Origin: a virus
Reading direction: 5' to 3' (one strand)
IMG/VR virus record: IMGVR_UViG_3300017991_000009
Coordinates: 1-64,000 of that record
Length of the DNA: 64,000 bases
The notes beneath the pieces were generated by a model. It saw only the letters and a program-made list of their open reading frames with translations. It was not told where the DNA came from and searched no databases. This document shows positions 1-10,242 of this stretch, in pieces (the first letter of the stretch is position 1; the number at the start of each line of letters is the position of its first letter). Position numbers and translations under genes: made by a program.

Positions 1-8
1 AGTCGCGA

Positions 9-596
9 GTGGTTTGCTGGGCCGAGGCTGATGAGTACAATCTGCGGGTGGTGCACCGAGGCTGGACGATGCCCGGATACGGATACCTGCACTGGTACTA
101 TACCCTCGCCGGCGAGATCGATACCTATTACCCCGACAGAGATCCGAAGCCAGTGGTAGTGGGCGCCGGCAGGTTCCGCTACGAGTGGTACGACCCGATC
201 GGCCCGTGGCAACATAGCGACAACACTTGGGCATATGGTGTCGCGGGGCTCTCCTACGATGAGACCACCACGTTGGTCTACTACCTCAACGCACCAGTGG
301 TACCTACCAACACCGATGCCTGGAACTGGATGGCCAACCACCGGCGCAGGTGGAGCCAGTACAGCGGGAAGCAGTACCGTGCGAAGCTTGTCCTGGAGTC
401 CCGGACTAGTGGTCACATGGAGTACCGAGGTACGCTGCGGGATGTCTACTACACCAACCATCACACGCAGCACTTCGCACTCTTCAAGGTGGGATCGGAT
501 TGGTGGGCGCACATGGCGGGGGGTCTCCTGTTTCCCTGGAATGGTGCGCGTAACTGGTTCATTTACACATCCTGGGATTCCGCAGGTGGAGGTTAA
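9..596 (+). CDS. Putative virion/tail protein, probably 5'-truncated by the window edge
   Basis: C-terminus HMAGGLLFPWNG resembles the C-termini of the next two ORFs (VHDGIVVNWPG, VQDGLAFEWPE); tail-gene context. Confidence 0.5.
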   Translation: MVCWAEADEYNLRVVHRGWTMPGYGYLHWYYTLAGEIDTYYPDRDPKPVVVGAGRFRYEWYDPIGPWQHSDNTWAYGVAGLSYDETTTLVYYLNAPVVPTNTDAWNWMANHRRRWSQYSGKQYRAKLVLESRTSGHMEYRGTLRDVYYTNHHTQHFALFKVGSDWWAHMAGGLLFPWNGARNWFIYTSWDSAGGG

Positions 597-598
597 TC

Positions 599-1870
599 AT
601 GGCTAGTCGTTGGATGAGAAGGTTGTCCTTCAGTGTTGTACGCCTCAACGCCGCGTCGAAACAGGGGTGGCCGGCGAAGGCCATCGCGTGTTTTATGCAA
701 CACGTGTTGGGTTTCACTTTCCAGTCAGAGAACTGGTCGGGGGGTGGCAGTTTCACCGATGCCGTAAAGTCGGGCTCCGATGGCGCGCTCACCAACTCTG
801 ACTGGACCTTCACCGACAGCGTGGCAGGCTCCTTCGTCCAGGACGACTATCACCGCTGGCTCCTTGTAGCTGACAACAGCAACCCGGGGAACGCTGGTCT
901 ATACCTTATTACTAAGGTAGTCAGCGCGAACCAGATTGAGGTTGACTTCGCCACGTCACCGATAGAGTTCCCAACCTCAGCGTCAGGGCTAAGTTGGTGG
1001 ATTATCGGTGAGGACCAGGACCTCCCTGCTGACGGTGACTATGTACGCTTGCGCTCAAGGCACGCCACCCAGTGGGCTTTGCAGGTGCAGCACACGAGCG
1101 GGTTCTACCATGCGGTGAAGTTCCAGATGAGCCCTGATGGTCAGTGGAGCAGGATCTTGGGGAGCATCGCCGGCGGTGACTGCCCGGCGTTCTCGTATGT
1201 CGAGGCGAACGGTAGTGGGTGGAACAAGATGTATATAGAAGCGGACTACGACGGTGAGTGGTTCCACTTCTGGCGAACCCAACAGGACTGCGGCCTAACG
1301 GAGTATGAACCCAGCCCGGATGGTTTCATCGTGGCCAGGTTGACGGAGACGGAGGCCGGCCGGGAGGAGATCGAGAAGACGGTGTTCTGTGGGCCGGCGG
1401 ATGTCGGCTACGTGGGTACCGGGTACGACTTCTTTGGCCGGGCTTTCGATACCAACGTCCCACCCCAGAAGTACCTCATGGCCCGCTACTGGGATGTGAA
1501 GTCGAATCAGCAGAAGTTGGCTCACATGGTGGACATGAGCTACTACGGTTACGCTGAGGCGTTTGTGGTGGACGTCGACTTCGATCCCGTGCACAACAAC
1601 CGCCGCCTGGGGAACAAGCTCGAGTTGTTTGACGGGACGTACCTCATCACAGACCCGCAGAACGAAATCAATGAGTACGCCCTACTGGGCAAGATGAAGG
1701 GCCACTGGACGATGAGGGCCTTGCCGACCGATCCTTATCTCGACTGGAGATACGAGTACCGCGAGTCCCATTCCCTCATGGTGCTGTCGGTAGGGGGCAC
1801 GAGGAACCGCATGATGGTGCACGACGGGATTGTCGTCAACTGGCCTGGCTTTTCAAACGGAGAGGTGTAA
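599..1870 (+). CDS. Putative tail/virion structural protein (paralogue A)
   Basis: GGAGG RBS; beta-rich, W/G/D-rich sequence; clear paralogue of 1872..3812 (WLLVADNSNPGNAGLYLIT vs WLVVADANRLNAGIYKIT). Confidence 0.6.
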   Translation: MASRWMRRLSFSVVRLNAASKQGWPAKAIACFMQHVLGFTFQSENWSGGGSFTDAVKSGSDGALTNSDWTFTDSVAGSFVQDDYHRWLLVADNSNPGNAGLYLITKVVSANQIEVDFATSPIEFPTSASGLSWWIIGEDQDLPADGDYVRLRSRHATQWALQVQHTSGFYHAVKFQMSPDGQWSRILGSIAGGDCPAFSYVEANGSGWNKMYIEADYDGEWFHFWRTQQDCGLTEYEPSPDGFIVARLTETEAGREEIEKTVFCGPADVGYVGTGYDFFGRAFDTNVPPQKYLMARYWDVKSNQQKLAHMVDMSYYGYAEAFVVDVDFDPVHNNRRLGNKLELFDGTYLITDPQNEINEYALLGKMKGHWTMRALPTDPYLDWRYEYRESHSLMVLSVGGTRNRMMVHDGIVVNWPGFSNGEV

Positions 1871-1871
1871 C

Positions 1872-3812
1872 GTGGCTTCCTGCTGGCTAAGAGAAGTGAA
1901 GGATACCAACTCAGGTGAATCGACAGGCACACCGTTCTTCCTCAAGTGTCTGGCCTGGTTCCTGGTTCGGATATGTGGCTTCACCAACTACACCAACGGT
2001 GCTAACGATGAAGACTTCCTGACAAGCGTATCGAGCGGTACGGATGGAGAGTTCAACATCAGCGGTACCGACAAGGACTTCAGGGACACCGTGGCATCGG
2101 GGTTCACTGCTGGTATGGTGAACAACTGGTTGGTCGTAGCGGATGCAAACAGGTTGAACGCTGGCATCTATAAGATCACAGCGTTCATCGACGCCACGAG
2201 AGTCACGCTCGATTTCAGGAGCGGGGCCGCGGAGTATCCCGTGCAGACCACCGGGGTTGATTGGTGGGTGATATCTGCGACGCCGGCGGCGGCCACCGGG
2301 ACGATCTCTGGTAAGGACGGCACCACCGTATCGGACGGTGACTGGGTGCGTGTCGATGACGGTGACTCGATCAATGACGCGAAGGTGGTCATCCTCAGCA
2401 GGGCCGACCCGGGGACGTACACGCCCAACAACTGGCGTGGTGGCGTGCTCCCCGACAACCCCGTAAACGTCAACAACCGCCTGGTGGGGAAGACGGTCAA
2501 CTTCACGGTCGCAGGGTCAGCCAAGTCCTGCACCTTCACTGGTAGCAGCCCACTGCCACTGGCGACCATCGTGAGTCAGATCAACACGGCCGCTGGATCT
2601 ACGGTATGCCACATCGGCACCTCGAGAGGCTACGAGACGACAGGCGGGAAGTACATCATCTGGCGTACCCAGATCGGCGGCGTGTGGGGTAAGCCCAACG
2701 ACCCGCCTGCCTCGGATGGTAATGACATCACGGTGCAGGAATCGGGTAGCACTGCATGGGAGGATCTCGGGTTCTCTGGGGGCGGTGACCGCTCAAACCC
2801 GTACCTGGCCCAGGGGCATCGCACGGTGGATAACAATCCCGATCCTGACTGGGACGATGCCTCCGAAGTCGCGGAGATGATCAAGGATGAGTACAACGGC
2901 CACAACTGGCTGACGGCTAACAGGACGGGGTCGACGGTCAACCTGACCAACACCAAGGATGGGGCCCACGGGAACAAGACGATCGAGTCTGGGGGTATCA
3001 GTACCTCGGGCATGACCGGCGGTTCCCTGGGTACGATGGAGGGTAACTACTTCCGCTGCAGGACGCCGCACGCCAACGGCTGGGAGATCGAGGTGGAGTA
3101 CGTCGGCCTCCCGGAGGCGGGCTCGTATCAGTTCGTCCAGGTCAGGGTGTCCACCAACGGTGACTGGGCTGTCGGTTCGGGTAAGGTGCTCGGCCCCATC
3201 AAGTTCGGTTGCCCGGATAGCCGAGACATGTGGTTCTACGCCTTCGGAGACGACGCCGGCGAGTACGTTACCCTGATGGCCCACAACAACACCGACGGGG
3301 CCTACATCGGCAGCATTGTGGCGAACATCGTCCCGTCTGACGCGGGGCTCTCTACGGCTGAACAGGTGGCGCTGATGGGATGCAAGGACCTGGGCGCATC
3401 TGAACCGACCTACGACCACTTCCTCCGGGACTACAACGACAACCGGCTGGGTCACGGGTACATGTGGTGGGACCGGGTGACTGACCAGGTGGAACTCTAC
3501 ATGGTCGATCTTTCCTACTACGAATATGGGGACTCGCTCACGCAGTGGGGCTCCAGGGAGGTCAACGCGAGGCGGACGAACGCCGCGGGCTTCGATCAGG
3601 AGGACGTGATCGCCGGTACCTACGTCGTGGCCGATCCTGCGAACGAGGACAACCACTACAGCATAGTGGGCAAGCTCTCGGGACTGTATTCGGTGCGGGA
3701 GCAGGTGGGCGCACGGACGACCTTCGATGAAGCATCCTCTGGAGCCCAGGACTTCTTGCACGTGCAGGACGGTCTCGCCTTCGAGTGGCCGGAAGTAACA
3801 CCTCAGCACTAG
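1872..3812 (+). CDS. Putative tail/virion structural protein (paralogue B, with large central insertion)
   Basis: In-frame GTG at 1872 after GGAGAGG gives an N-terminus matching paralogue A (ASCWLRE vs ASRWMRR); shared C-terminal motifs MVD.SYY and GTY...DP.NE.N.Y..GK. Confidence 0.6.
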   Translation: MASCWLREVKDTNSGESTGTPFFLKCLAWFLVRICGFTNYTNGANDEDFLTSVSSGTDGEFNISGTDKDFRDTVASGFTAGMVNNWLVVADANRLNAGIYKITAFIDATRVTLDFRSGAAEYPVQTTGVDWWVISATPAAATGTISGKDGTTVSDGDWVRVDDGDSINDAKVVILSRADPGTYTPNNWRGGVLPDNPVNVNNRLVGKTVNFTVAGSAKSCTFTGSSPLPLATIVSQINTAAGSTVCHIGTSRGYETTGGKYIIWRTQIGGVWGKPNDPPASDGNDITVQESGSTAWEDLGFSGGGDRSNPYLAQGHRTVDNNPDPDWDDASEVAEMIKDEYNGHNWLTANRTGSTVNLTNTKDGAHGNKTIESGGISTSGMTGGSLGTMEGNYFRCRTPHANGWEIEVEYVGLPEAGSYQFVQVRVSTNGDWAVGSGKVLGPIKFGCPDSRDMWFYAFGDDAGEYVTLMAHNNTDGAYIGSIVANIVPSDAGLSTAEQVALMGCKDLGASEPTYDHFLRDYNDNRLGHGYMWWDRVTDQVELYMVDLSYYEYGDSLTQWGSREVNARRTNAAGFDQEDVIAGTYVVADPANEDNHYSIVGKLSGLYSVREQVGARTTFDEASSGAQDFLHVQDGLAFEWPEVTPQH

Positions 3813-3821
3813 GACTAGCTC

Positions 3822-4865
3822 ATGACCTGGACGGGGAAAACAGCCGAATACGAGGTACTCAATGCCGATCGGCAGGGTAGCGTCCCACTGTGGTCAGAGT
3901 ACGTCGAGCCTACGACCGCTGAGAGGTTGCTGGTAGCGGATCTCGATCGGCAGGGTAGCGTCCCACTGTGGTCAGAGGCGGTTGCTGATCCGGTGTCCTT
4001 CTCTATCAGCAAGGCGGAGAAGGTCAACACCACACCATATGTAAAGACAGCGAACCTCAACCCGGCCCCTAGTGAGATCGACGTAGACCCCGTGACGGTG
4101 GTTGTCGGCATTCCTATCGGTGATGTCGTCCCCGAAACCGAGTACGGTGTTGACGCGGCGGGATCGACGATGCCTCACCCGGACACCGAGGGTGTAGGTG
4201 TCTACGACAGCCAGTTGAAGATCTACGTGGACCAGGGGAGCGGGTTTGCGGTCATCTACCAGAACGGTGCGGCGCAGGGTGGTTGGGGGGTATCGAAGCC
4301 TACGAATGATGAATACGGCTTTGACTACGCCTTCACGCCGCCTCCGGGAGGGCTCACCCCCAATCAGTTGATCACAGTGAAGGTGGAGCTATACGACTAC
4401 ACCAACACCTTCACCTGCTACGAGTATACGTTTGAGACAGGATCCTCTGATCCCAATCCGCCGTGGATCATTGATGCCCTGCCTGTGCCGAACTCGAGCA
4501 CCGCGGAGAAGGATGACCCGCTCTCCTTCACGATCGCTGACGACGTGACTGGGGTAGCCCCCGACACGATCGTGATTTACGTGAGGGGCCTGATGGTGTA
4601 CCGCGGGTCCACGGGAGAGCGGCCGACTGGATGGCGCGGGACGATCGTTGCGAACACTCTGAACCTCGGTTTCGATCTGGTGTTCTATCCGGACAGGGAG
4701 TACCAGTGGTACGACGGCGAGGTGGTCAACGTGAGGGCTGTAGCCCGTGACTACGAAGGAAACCTGATGGACACTACGTGGCAGTTCGCAGCCGTGAACA
4801 AACCCTTCAGGACGCGGGTGTATCAGATGCTACTGAGGTCCATCCGCAAGTTCGACGAGAGTTAG
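3822..4865 (+). CDS. Virion protein with two Ig-like beta-sandwich domains
   Basis: Repeated P.I....P.P...D.P.SFTI.D..TGV and V.V...DY..N patterns; tail context. Confidence 0.55.
   Translation: MTWTGKTAEYEVLNADRQGSVPLWSEYVEPTTAERLLVADLDRQGSVPLWSEAVADPVSFSISKAEKVNTTPYVKTANLNPAPSEIDVDPVTVVVGIPIGDVVPETEYGVDAAGSTMPHPDTEGVGVYDSQLKIYVDQGSGFAVIYQNGAAQGGWGVSKPTNDEYGFDYAFTPPPGGLTPNQLITVKVELYDYTNTFTCYEYTFETGSSDPNPPWIIDALPVPNSSTAEKDDPLSFTIADDVTGVAPDTIVIYVRGLMVYRGSTGERPTGWRGTIVANTLNLGFDLVFYPDREYQWYDGEVVNVRAVARDYEGNLMDTTWQFAAVNKPFRTRVYQMLLRSIRKFDES
3866..3977 (+). repeat. Perfect 34-bp direct repeat (3866-3899 and 3944-3977), in frame
   Basis: CGATCGGCAGGGTAGCGTCCCACTGTGGTCAGAG twice, period 78 bp; encodes DRQGSVPLWSE twice. 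Confidence 0.9.
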
Positions 4866-4887
4866 CTTATCGGAGTACGATAAGCTA
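4863..4887. repeat. Dispersed 25-bp palindrome, copy 1
   Basis: TAGCTTATCG-GAGTA-CGATAAGCTA beginning on the TAG stop of 3822..4865. Confidence 0.9.
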
Positions 4888-4897
4888 TTAGGAGGAA

Positions 4898-6490
4898 GTG
4901 ATGATTCTCCCAGAAGGCGGCATCCTTGAGAAGGTCTGTTACCTCATCGACAGGGTATGGGAGGACCTCATCTACGATCGCTGCACCGACCTCCCCACCC
5001 TGTTCAAGCCTGACGAGATAGACAAGAAGTGGCTCCCCTACCAGCTACCACTGGTAGGCTTCACGTCCGACCTCCCCTTCGATGCCAACGAAGAGGAGAT
5101 GCGGCGCATGATGGAGAACGCGATCACCTACTGGAACGAGAAGCCCTCCGAGTACGGGGTGATCGATCTAGCCATCAAGATGATCACCGGCAACAATTAC
5201 CGGGTGCGCGGGTACCACGACTTCAGGATGCAGGAGAGCGAGACGTGCTTGACGGAGGAGCTTGCCGGGCTCGACCCCAACGTCCTGGACTTCCCGGCCA
5301 AGAAGTACATAGGCGCGCAGGCTCTCATCACGACGGCCAACACCTTCATGATCGTCGACCTCCCTGGTGGAGGTTTCATCAACCCTGACGACTTCTCGTT
5401 CCTGGTGTTCACCTACGACTCCATCGATCCGAACAACGAGGCTATCTACGAGATCGATTCGTTGAACCCGCCGGCGGCGACCGGCACCATTAAGGGTTCC
5501 TTCAACAGTGTACATATGGGGTACATCAACTGGGAGTTGATGGGGTATATGGACGACTTCGTGTCGGAGGTCAGAATCGTTGATGAGGGAGAGGGAGATC
5601 TCTACTACGACAACCTCGATCCTGGGAACCCCACCTTCTCGGTTGGCGATCAGGTGCACGGCATGACATCAGGCGCGCACGGTGTGATCACCGCGAACCA
5701 GTATGAGGGCGGCCTCGGGTTGATGTCCCTGCGCCATCTCTTCCGCAGGTTCCAGGACGACGAAGTGATCCGGGCAGCGAGCGGGGCCAACGCTACCTCA
5801 AGGGGTAAGCTGCAAGGCATACTCAACCGCGACCTCCTGCGGTTCCTGATGGGTGGTGATACCCAGAAGCCCTTCAGCGAGCGAATCGACGTCGTGTACG
5901 TAGACCTGCTGGATGAGTTCCTGACTGCAGGTGATCTCGACCAGTGGATCATCGGGAACTATGGCGCCGGCGCGGAGCCTTCTGTCCCCTCTCCTGGTGG
6001 CGATCTGCTACTCGACACCGATGCGTGGGTGCTCTTCGATAAGACCCGGGCCTACGAGTGGGAGGACATGATCGCCTCCAGCAAGTGGTACGTCGACACG
6101 GCCGACTGTTATCCCAGGATGCACTTCTGGGTGAACAGCGGCGCGACGGAGGGGTGGTATGTTGGGATCGACTACTCCACCAAGACCCTCCACCTCGGAG
6201 AGTTTAACGTCGCCGGCGTCTCCTTCTCTCACCCGGTACCGTTCGTCAAGGAGCAGGTGCCAGACGTGATCAGGGTCACCGCTCTTCATGAGAGTACGGG
6301 GGTCCGCATCAAGGTGGCGGTGGATGGGGAGGAGTACATCAACCAGTACGTCGCTTCCCCCTATAGTAACGAAGGTTCTGTGGGGGTAAGAGGCGGCGGC
6401 ACGACCCTCGGAACCGATCTCAGTAGGTGCCGACTCATCGAAGCAAACGTGCTACCATCAGAAGGTGATCGGGTTGGACCACTGCCATAG
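4898..6490 (+). CDS. Baseplate wedge/tail protein (P2 gpI-like N-terminus, lectin-like C-terminus)
   Basis: L..PDEID.KWLPY...VG....EEMRR...AI.YW.EK resembles the phage tail protein I pattern; AGGAGG RBS. Confidence 0.6.
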   Translation: MMILPEGGILEKVCYLIDRVWEDLIYDRCTDLPTLFKPDEIDKKWLPYQLPLVGFTSDLPFDANEEEMRRMMENAITYWNEKPSEYGVIDLAIKMITGNNYRVRGYHDFRMQESETCLTEELAGLDPNVLDFPAKKYIGAQALITTANTFMIVDLPGGGFINPDDFSFLVFTYDSIDPNNEAIYEIDSLNPPAATGTIKGSFNSVHMGYINWELMGYMDDFVSEVRIVDEGEGDLYYDNLDPGNPTFSVGDQVHGMTSGAHGVITANQYEGGLGLMSLRHLFRRFQDDEVIRAASGANATSRGKLQGILNRDLLRFLMGGDTQKPFSERIDVVYVDLLDEFLTAGDLDQWIIGNYGAGAEPSVPSPGGDLLLDTDAWVLFDKTRAYEWEDMIASSKWYVDTADCYPRMHFWVNSGATEGWYVGIDYSTKTLHLGEFNVAGVSFSHPVPFVKEQVPDVIRVTALHESTGVRIKVAVDGEEYINQYVASPYSNEGSVGVRGGGTTLGTDLSRCRLIEANVLPSEGDRVGPLP

Positions 6491-6502
6491 TAGGAGCGAA
6501 CG

Positions 6503-9025
6503 ATGCCAACGAACGACCGCAAGATCAATATCTACGAAAAGAGGCTGTTTAGCCTCACCGCCATCAAGACCAACTTCCTCGACTTCTTGTCGGACGAGTT
6601 GGACGAGGTGGTGTCGGCTATCTTCCAGGGGACAGCGGGCGTCCTGGATGACGAAGAGATCGGGCTCCTGGTCGACGGGGCTAACAACATCTTCAAGCTG
6701 GACCTGACGAACGCGAGCCGAGTGGTGGTAGGGACGGGGCAGATCATTGACCTGTCCCAGATCACCGGCAGCAGTATCACCGAAGGCATCCAGTGGGAGG
6801 ATGACGGTAGCTCACCGTACTACGTTGGCATCAAGTTCATGGAAATGCCTGACGGTATCGAGACCAACCCGCGGTCAGGGGACCCGGAGTACCCATCCCT
6901 CAAACAGACCTACGGCGAGGTTGATTACCCCGACTCGGTGACCGACAACACCACCTATATTCGCCTCATTATCAACTCCATCACGGAGAGCGGAGTTGAT
7001 CACAGCGGGCGGACGATCAGGGTGTGGTTGGTCGATCCGGTGAGCCACACGGAGGCGGTCGCTTACTTCGAGGGGACCTCTGGCTACGCCGGCGGCAACA
7101 ACTACGTCGACATCCCCTACAGCGGCGCGAACGGCCCGCTCGGCCAGGACACCAGCGTGAACCCGCCTAGCACGACCGCAGTCGACTACAAGGTGGCGAT
7201 CGAGGGTGCCACGTGGAGGAAGAACACCGACCTGCGAACCGACAGCGACTATGCTTTCATCGGTATCATGAACAGCACGGGTGGGGTGCCGACCTTCAAT
7301 CTCTCGGACCAGATCCCGATCTTCATCAACACCCTAGACCGCGCTTACGACGGTGCGACCGGCAGTGGCTCCGGCCGTAGGATCTGGGTGGACGGTGGCG
7401 CGGTAGAACTTAGAACTACTAGCGGGGCGTCTGGCGATAACATGAGAGGCCAGTTAAGATTAACAAGGGATGGTAGCACTGAAGATTCACAGTTTATGCT
7501 CCAGATGATAATGGAGGATGAGACCACTATCCCTATTGCAGTACTTGAACCATTGAGAGACGGGTCTGCACTACAGGAATTGGAGCCAGTGATCTTTAGC
7601 GGATCCTCCGTTGTATTTACACGCGGTGGTATTGATCTTGAGGACCTTGGCCTTAGAGTTAATCCGAATATACACTTGTTGTTAATAAGTAGTGCTGACG
7701 ATTCATCTGACGATGGTTTGTACTTAATTAATAGTGTTGCCTCATCTAGTGTTATTGGTGTAAGGGACCTTGATGGGAACGCCTTCTTCTTTACGGCAAC
7801 AACTGGGCAAGCGACTATTTTACACCCGGCACTCGTTGTTACAAACTCTGTACCTAACTCCCTTGTAGGAAGTGGGGTACTTGATTATTGGACTGGCTTC
7901 CTGTTCACCCTACGTGATGGTCAAAAGAATGATCGTACAATGCGCGTCCTACCGGAAAAAGGCGGGACAATTATTGTTTATGACCATGGGCATAGCAGTC
8001 CGTCAACCTACCCTGATGACATCCGGCCAAGAGAACTCATCGTGATCGATCCCGATGCGGTAGGGCAAGACCTCGAGTGGCCTATTATCTTTAAGCGGAG
8101 TGTGTTGATTAATGGTGGTCTGGCCTCGGGCGCAACTGGGGAAGAGAGTTATTACGCTAGGGACGGTCTCCGTATTTACAACAGCGGCAGCGCTTATGAT
8201 GACCGAGACCCCACCTTTGGTTTCGTAATGGATTATGGATGGCCCGAGAACGTCCCCACCCTACATACCTGGCCGTCTTTCGCTATAGATACGAGTGGCG
8301 GAGTGTGTAGGGGGCACAACTTCAGGGATGACTTCCTAGAGTACCCGCATGACGTATCGGGATCCTTGACTAGTCTCGGCCCGTATCTTTTCGCGTCGAG
8401 TGGCGGTGTAGGTGCTCTCACCGTGCCCGATATCCGAGATGGTGCGGGGTACGGTCACGGTTGTGTCGAGATCGCAACGCCGGCAGTGGCTGGCGCCTCC
8501 GCCGAGTTGTACCAGTCCTGTGTCTCCTATAACCTTGACACCAACTACGACTTCCGCTGGTCTTACAGGTCACGTGTGAAGTTGATGGATAGCGCCGATG
8601 TAAAGTACGCCCATGGGTTCTTCCAGTACAGGGGAGGATCACCCGCCGATACCCGGCGATTCTTCTTCTTGATGAACGACGATGGCAACTGGTACGGCGT
8701 ATGGGAGGAGGGCACGTCGCAGTATATGACTAGCGCGATTTGTGGGTTTGACGTAGGGGAGTACCAGTGGTTTGGGATATCTATATCCCCCATCTCGGCG
8801 ACCTTCGTTATCGCAAGTAAGGACAACGGGGCCAACCGTAGCGGCAGCGAGTATGCCAGCATTGCCAGCATGGGTGGGGCTGTTGGTGCGATGGGCCTCA
8901 GTGCTTACGCCATAACCGTAGGAGTGGCAGTGGAAAAGTCCATGGTGCTGGACTACTGGGAGGTGTGGGACAAGGAGGTTTTGTACGGACGCTTTGGTAC
9001 TAGCCACAACCAGCAGCACCCATAG
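6503..9025 (+). CDS. Tail fibre / receptor-binding protein
   Basis: 840 aa directly after the baseplate gene; TLDRAYDG..GSG.GR.I.VDGGAV fibre-like motif; beta-rich C-terminus. Confidence 0.65.
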   Translation: MPTNDRKINIYEKRLFSLTAIKTNFLDFLSDELDEVVSAIFQGTAGVLDDEEIGLLVDGANNIFKLDLTNASRVVVGTGQIIDLSQITGSSITEGIQWEDDGSSPYYVGIKFMEMPDGIETNPRSGDPEYPSLKQTYGEVDYPDSVTDNTTYIRLIINSITESGVDHSGRTIRVWLVDPVSHTEAVAYFEGTSGYAGGNNYVDIPYSGANGPLGQDTSVNPPSTTAVDYKVAIEGATWRKNTDLRTDSDYAFIGIMNSTGGVPTFNLSDQIPIFINTLDRAYDGATGSGSGRRIWVDGGAVELRTTSGASGDNMRGQLRLTRDGSTEDSQFMLQMIMEDETTIPIAVLEPLRDGSALQELEPVIFSGSSVVFTRGGIDLEDLGLRVNPNIHLLLISSADDSSDDGLYLINSVASSSVIGVRDLDGNAFFFTATTGQATILHPALVVTNSVPNSLVGSGVLDYWTGFLFTLRDGQKNDRTMRVLPEKGGTIIVYDHGHSSPSTYPDDIRPRELIVIDPDAVGQDLEWPIIFKRSVLINGGLASGATGEESYYARDGLRIYNSGSAYDDRDPTFGFVMDYGWPENVPTLHTWPSFAIDTSGGVCRGHNFRDDFLEYPHDVSGSLTSLGPYLFASSGGVGALTVPDIRDGAGYGHGCVEIATPAVAGASAELYQSCVSYNLDTNYDFRWSYRSRVKLMDSADVKYAHGFFQYRGGSPADTRRFFFLMNDDGNWYGVWEEGTSQYMTSAICGFDVGEYQWFGISISPISATFVIASKDNGANRSGSEYASIASMGGAVGAMGLSAYAITVGVAVEKSMVLDYWEVWDKEVLYGRFGTSHNQQHP

Positions 9026-9031
9026 GAGGAA

Positions 9032-9259
9032 GTGATGGCAACGTTCGAGATTCAGTGCACAGGGCACACCTTTGAGTTGACGCTAGACGCGGAGACCGAG
9101 CGGGTTGTGCAGGGTAGCAGGAGTGGTTACCTGCACGGTGTGAAGTGCCCCACCTGCAACACCAGGTATAAACTGGACCTGGCCGACCTGGCCGTTGGTA
9201 CGGTAACCGCAGTGGAGGCTGATCCATCAAGCTCGGTGTCCTTGCCACGCGCAACATAG
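9032..9259 (+). CDS. Small zinc-ribbon protein
   Basis: AGGAGG RBS; C..H and CPTC. Confidence 0.5.
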   Translation: MMATFEIQCTGHTFELTLDAETERVVQGSRSGYLHGVKCPTCNTRYKLDLADLAVGTVTAVEADPSSSVSLPRAT

Positions 9260-9319
9260 CTGACGCCCCTAGCTGGACGTGATAGAGTACGAGATACAAC
9301 GAGAGAAAGGGAGAGTTTC

Positions 9320-9850
9320 ATGCACATGCACCGCAAAGCCCTATTGCTAGTAGGCTGCCTGTCCTTGCTGTTGATAGCGGGACAGGTGAACGCTGCTCTG
9401 GATGCGGGGCTGCCCCAGACTGACGCGAAGGTCACAGTACCTGCCAAAGTAGACACCACCCCAACCGCGCAGCCTGCTGACCCGACGATGCCGACAGACG
9501 TGCCGAAGGATGGTAGTGCCGCCCTGGACAAAGGAAAGGAGGTGGTGGAGTTAGCGAAGGCAAAGAGGTGGTTCGCTATGTCGGCCGGTGTGATTTGGCT
9601 CCTCTTGTTCCTGCTGAAAGTGGGGAGGAAGACGTTGGACTTCCTCAAGGGCATGCACCGCAGGTGGTTGTACGTCATCGTATGCGTATTATCGATCGCC
9701 GCCATGGTCCTGGCGAAGCTACAGGGTGACCTATCGTGGGGAGCGGCGGTGAACGTTTTACTCAGCGGGCCTGCGGCAGCGTACCTCAACGACCTCTTCA
9801 AGAGGGGCATCTTCGGGAAGGAGCCAACGCCTAACGGCGGAGGTGGGTGA
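9320..9850 (+). CDS. Membrane protein, putative holin
   Basis: Signal/TM segment plus 2-3 further hydrophobic helices; lies directly upstream of the spanin-like pair. Confidence 0.55.
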   Translation: MHMHRKALLLVGCLSLLLIAGQVNAALDAGLPQTDAKVTVPAKVDTTPTAQPADPTMPTDVPKDGSAALDKGKEVVELAKAKRWFAMSAGVIWLLLFLLKVGRKTLDFLKGMHRRWLYVIVCVLSIAAMVLAKLQGDLSWGAAVNVLLSGPAAAYLNDLFKRGIFGKEPTPNGGGG

Positions 9851-10242
9851 TGCCGGGGTGGGGATGGTTCCTCATTGGGCTAGGGGGCGCCCTGGTTGTG
9901 GTGCTCATCCTCTGGCTCCTCTTTAGGTCGAAAGGCGGCGCTAATACCGCTGCCCTGAAGGAGTCAGAGGCCCAGAGGCTCCGCGATGAACTCGAGGCCG
10001 AACGCAAAGCGAAGGAGGCCGTTACCGAGGAGCTAAAGGCCCTTGCCGAGGAGAAGAGGCGGATCGATTCGTGGTATAATCAGGTAATGAATCAAATCAA
10101 CGAGGAGGCGAAAGATGAGTACAAGAGGTTGGCGACGGATACTGCTGCCCTTGATGCTAAGCTTGATAGCCTCCTCGGCGTTCGCCCAGCCGAAGACGAA
10201 GACACCGACCCCGACGGAGAAGGCCCGCCTGCAGAAGGGTAA
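9847..10242 (+). CDS. Putative i-spanin (Rz-like)
   Basis: Single N-terminal TM helix then coiled coil; next ORF overlaps it in the +1 frame. Confidence 0.6.
   Translation: MMPGWGWFLIGLGGALVVVLILWLLFRSKGGANTAALKESEAQRLRDELEAERKAKEAVTEELKALAEEKRRIDSWYNQVMNQINEEAKDEYKRLATDTAALDAKLDSLLGVRPAEDEDTDPDGEGPPAEG

Noticed and set aside
3866-3977. Mini-CRISPR array (34-bp repeat, 44-bp spacer)
   Set aside because: Only two copies, in frame within a protein-coding gene, with no leader and no cas genes
1-9025. Diversity-generating retroelement acting on tail genes
   Set aside because: No reverse transcriptase and no adenine-specific TR/VR pair seen
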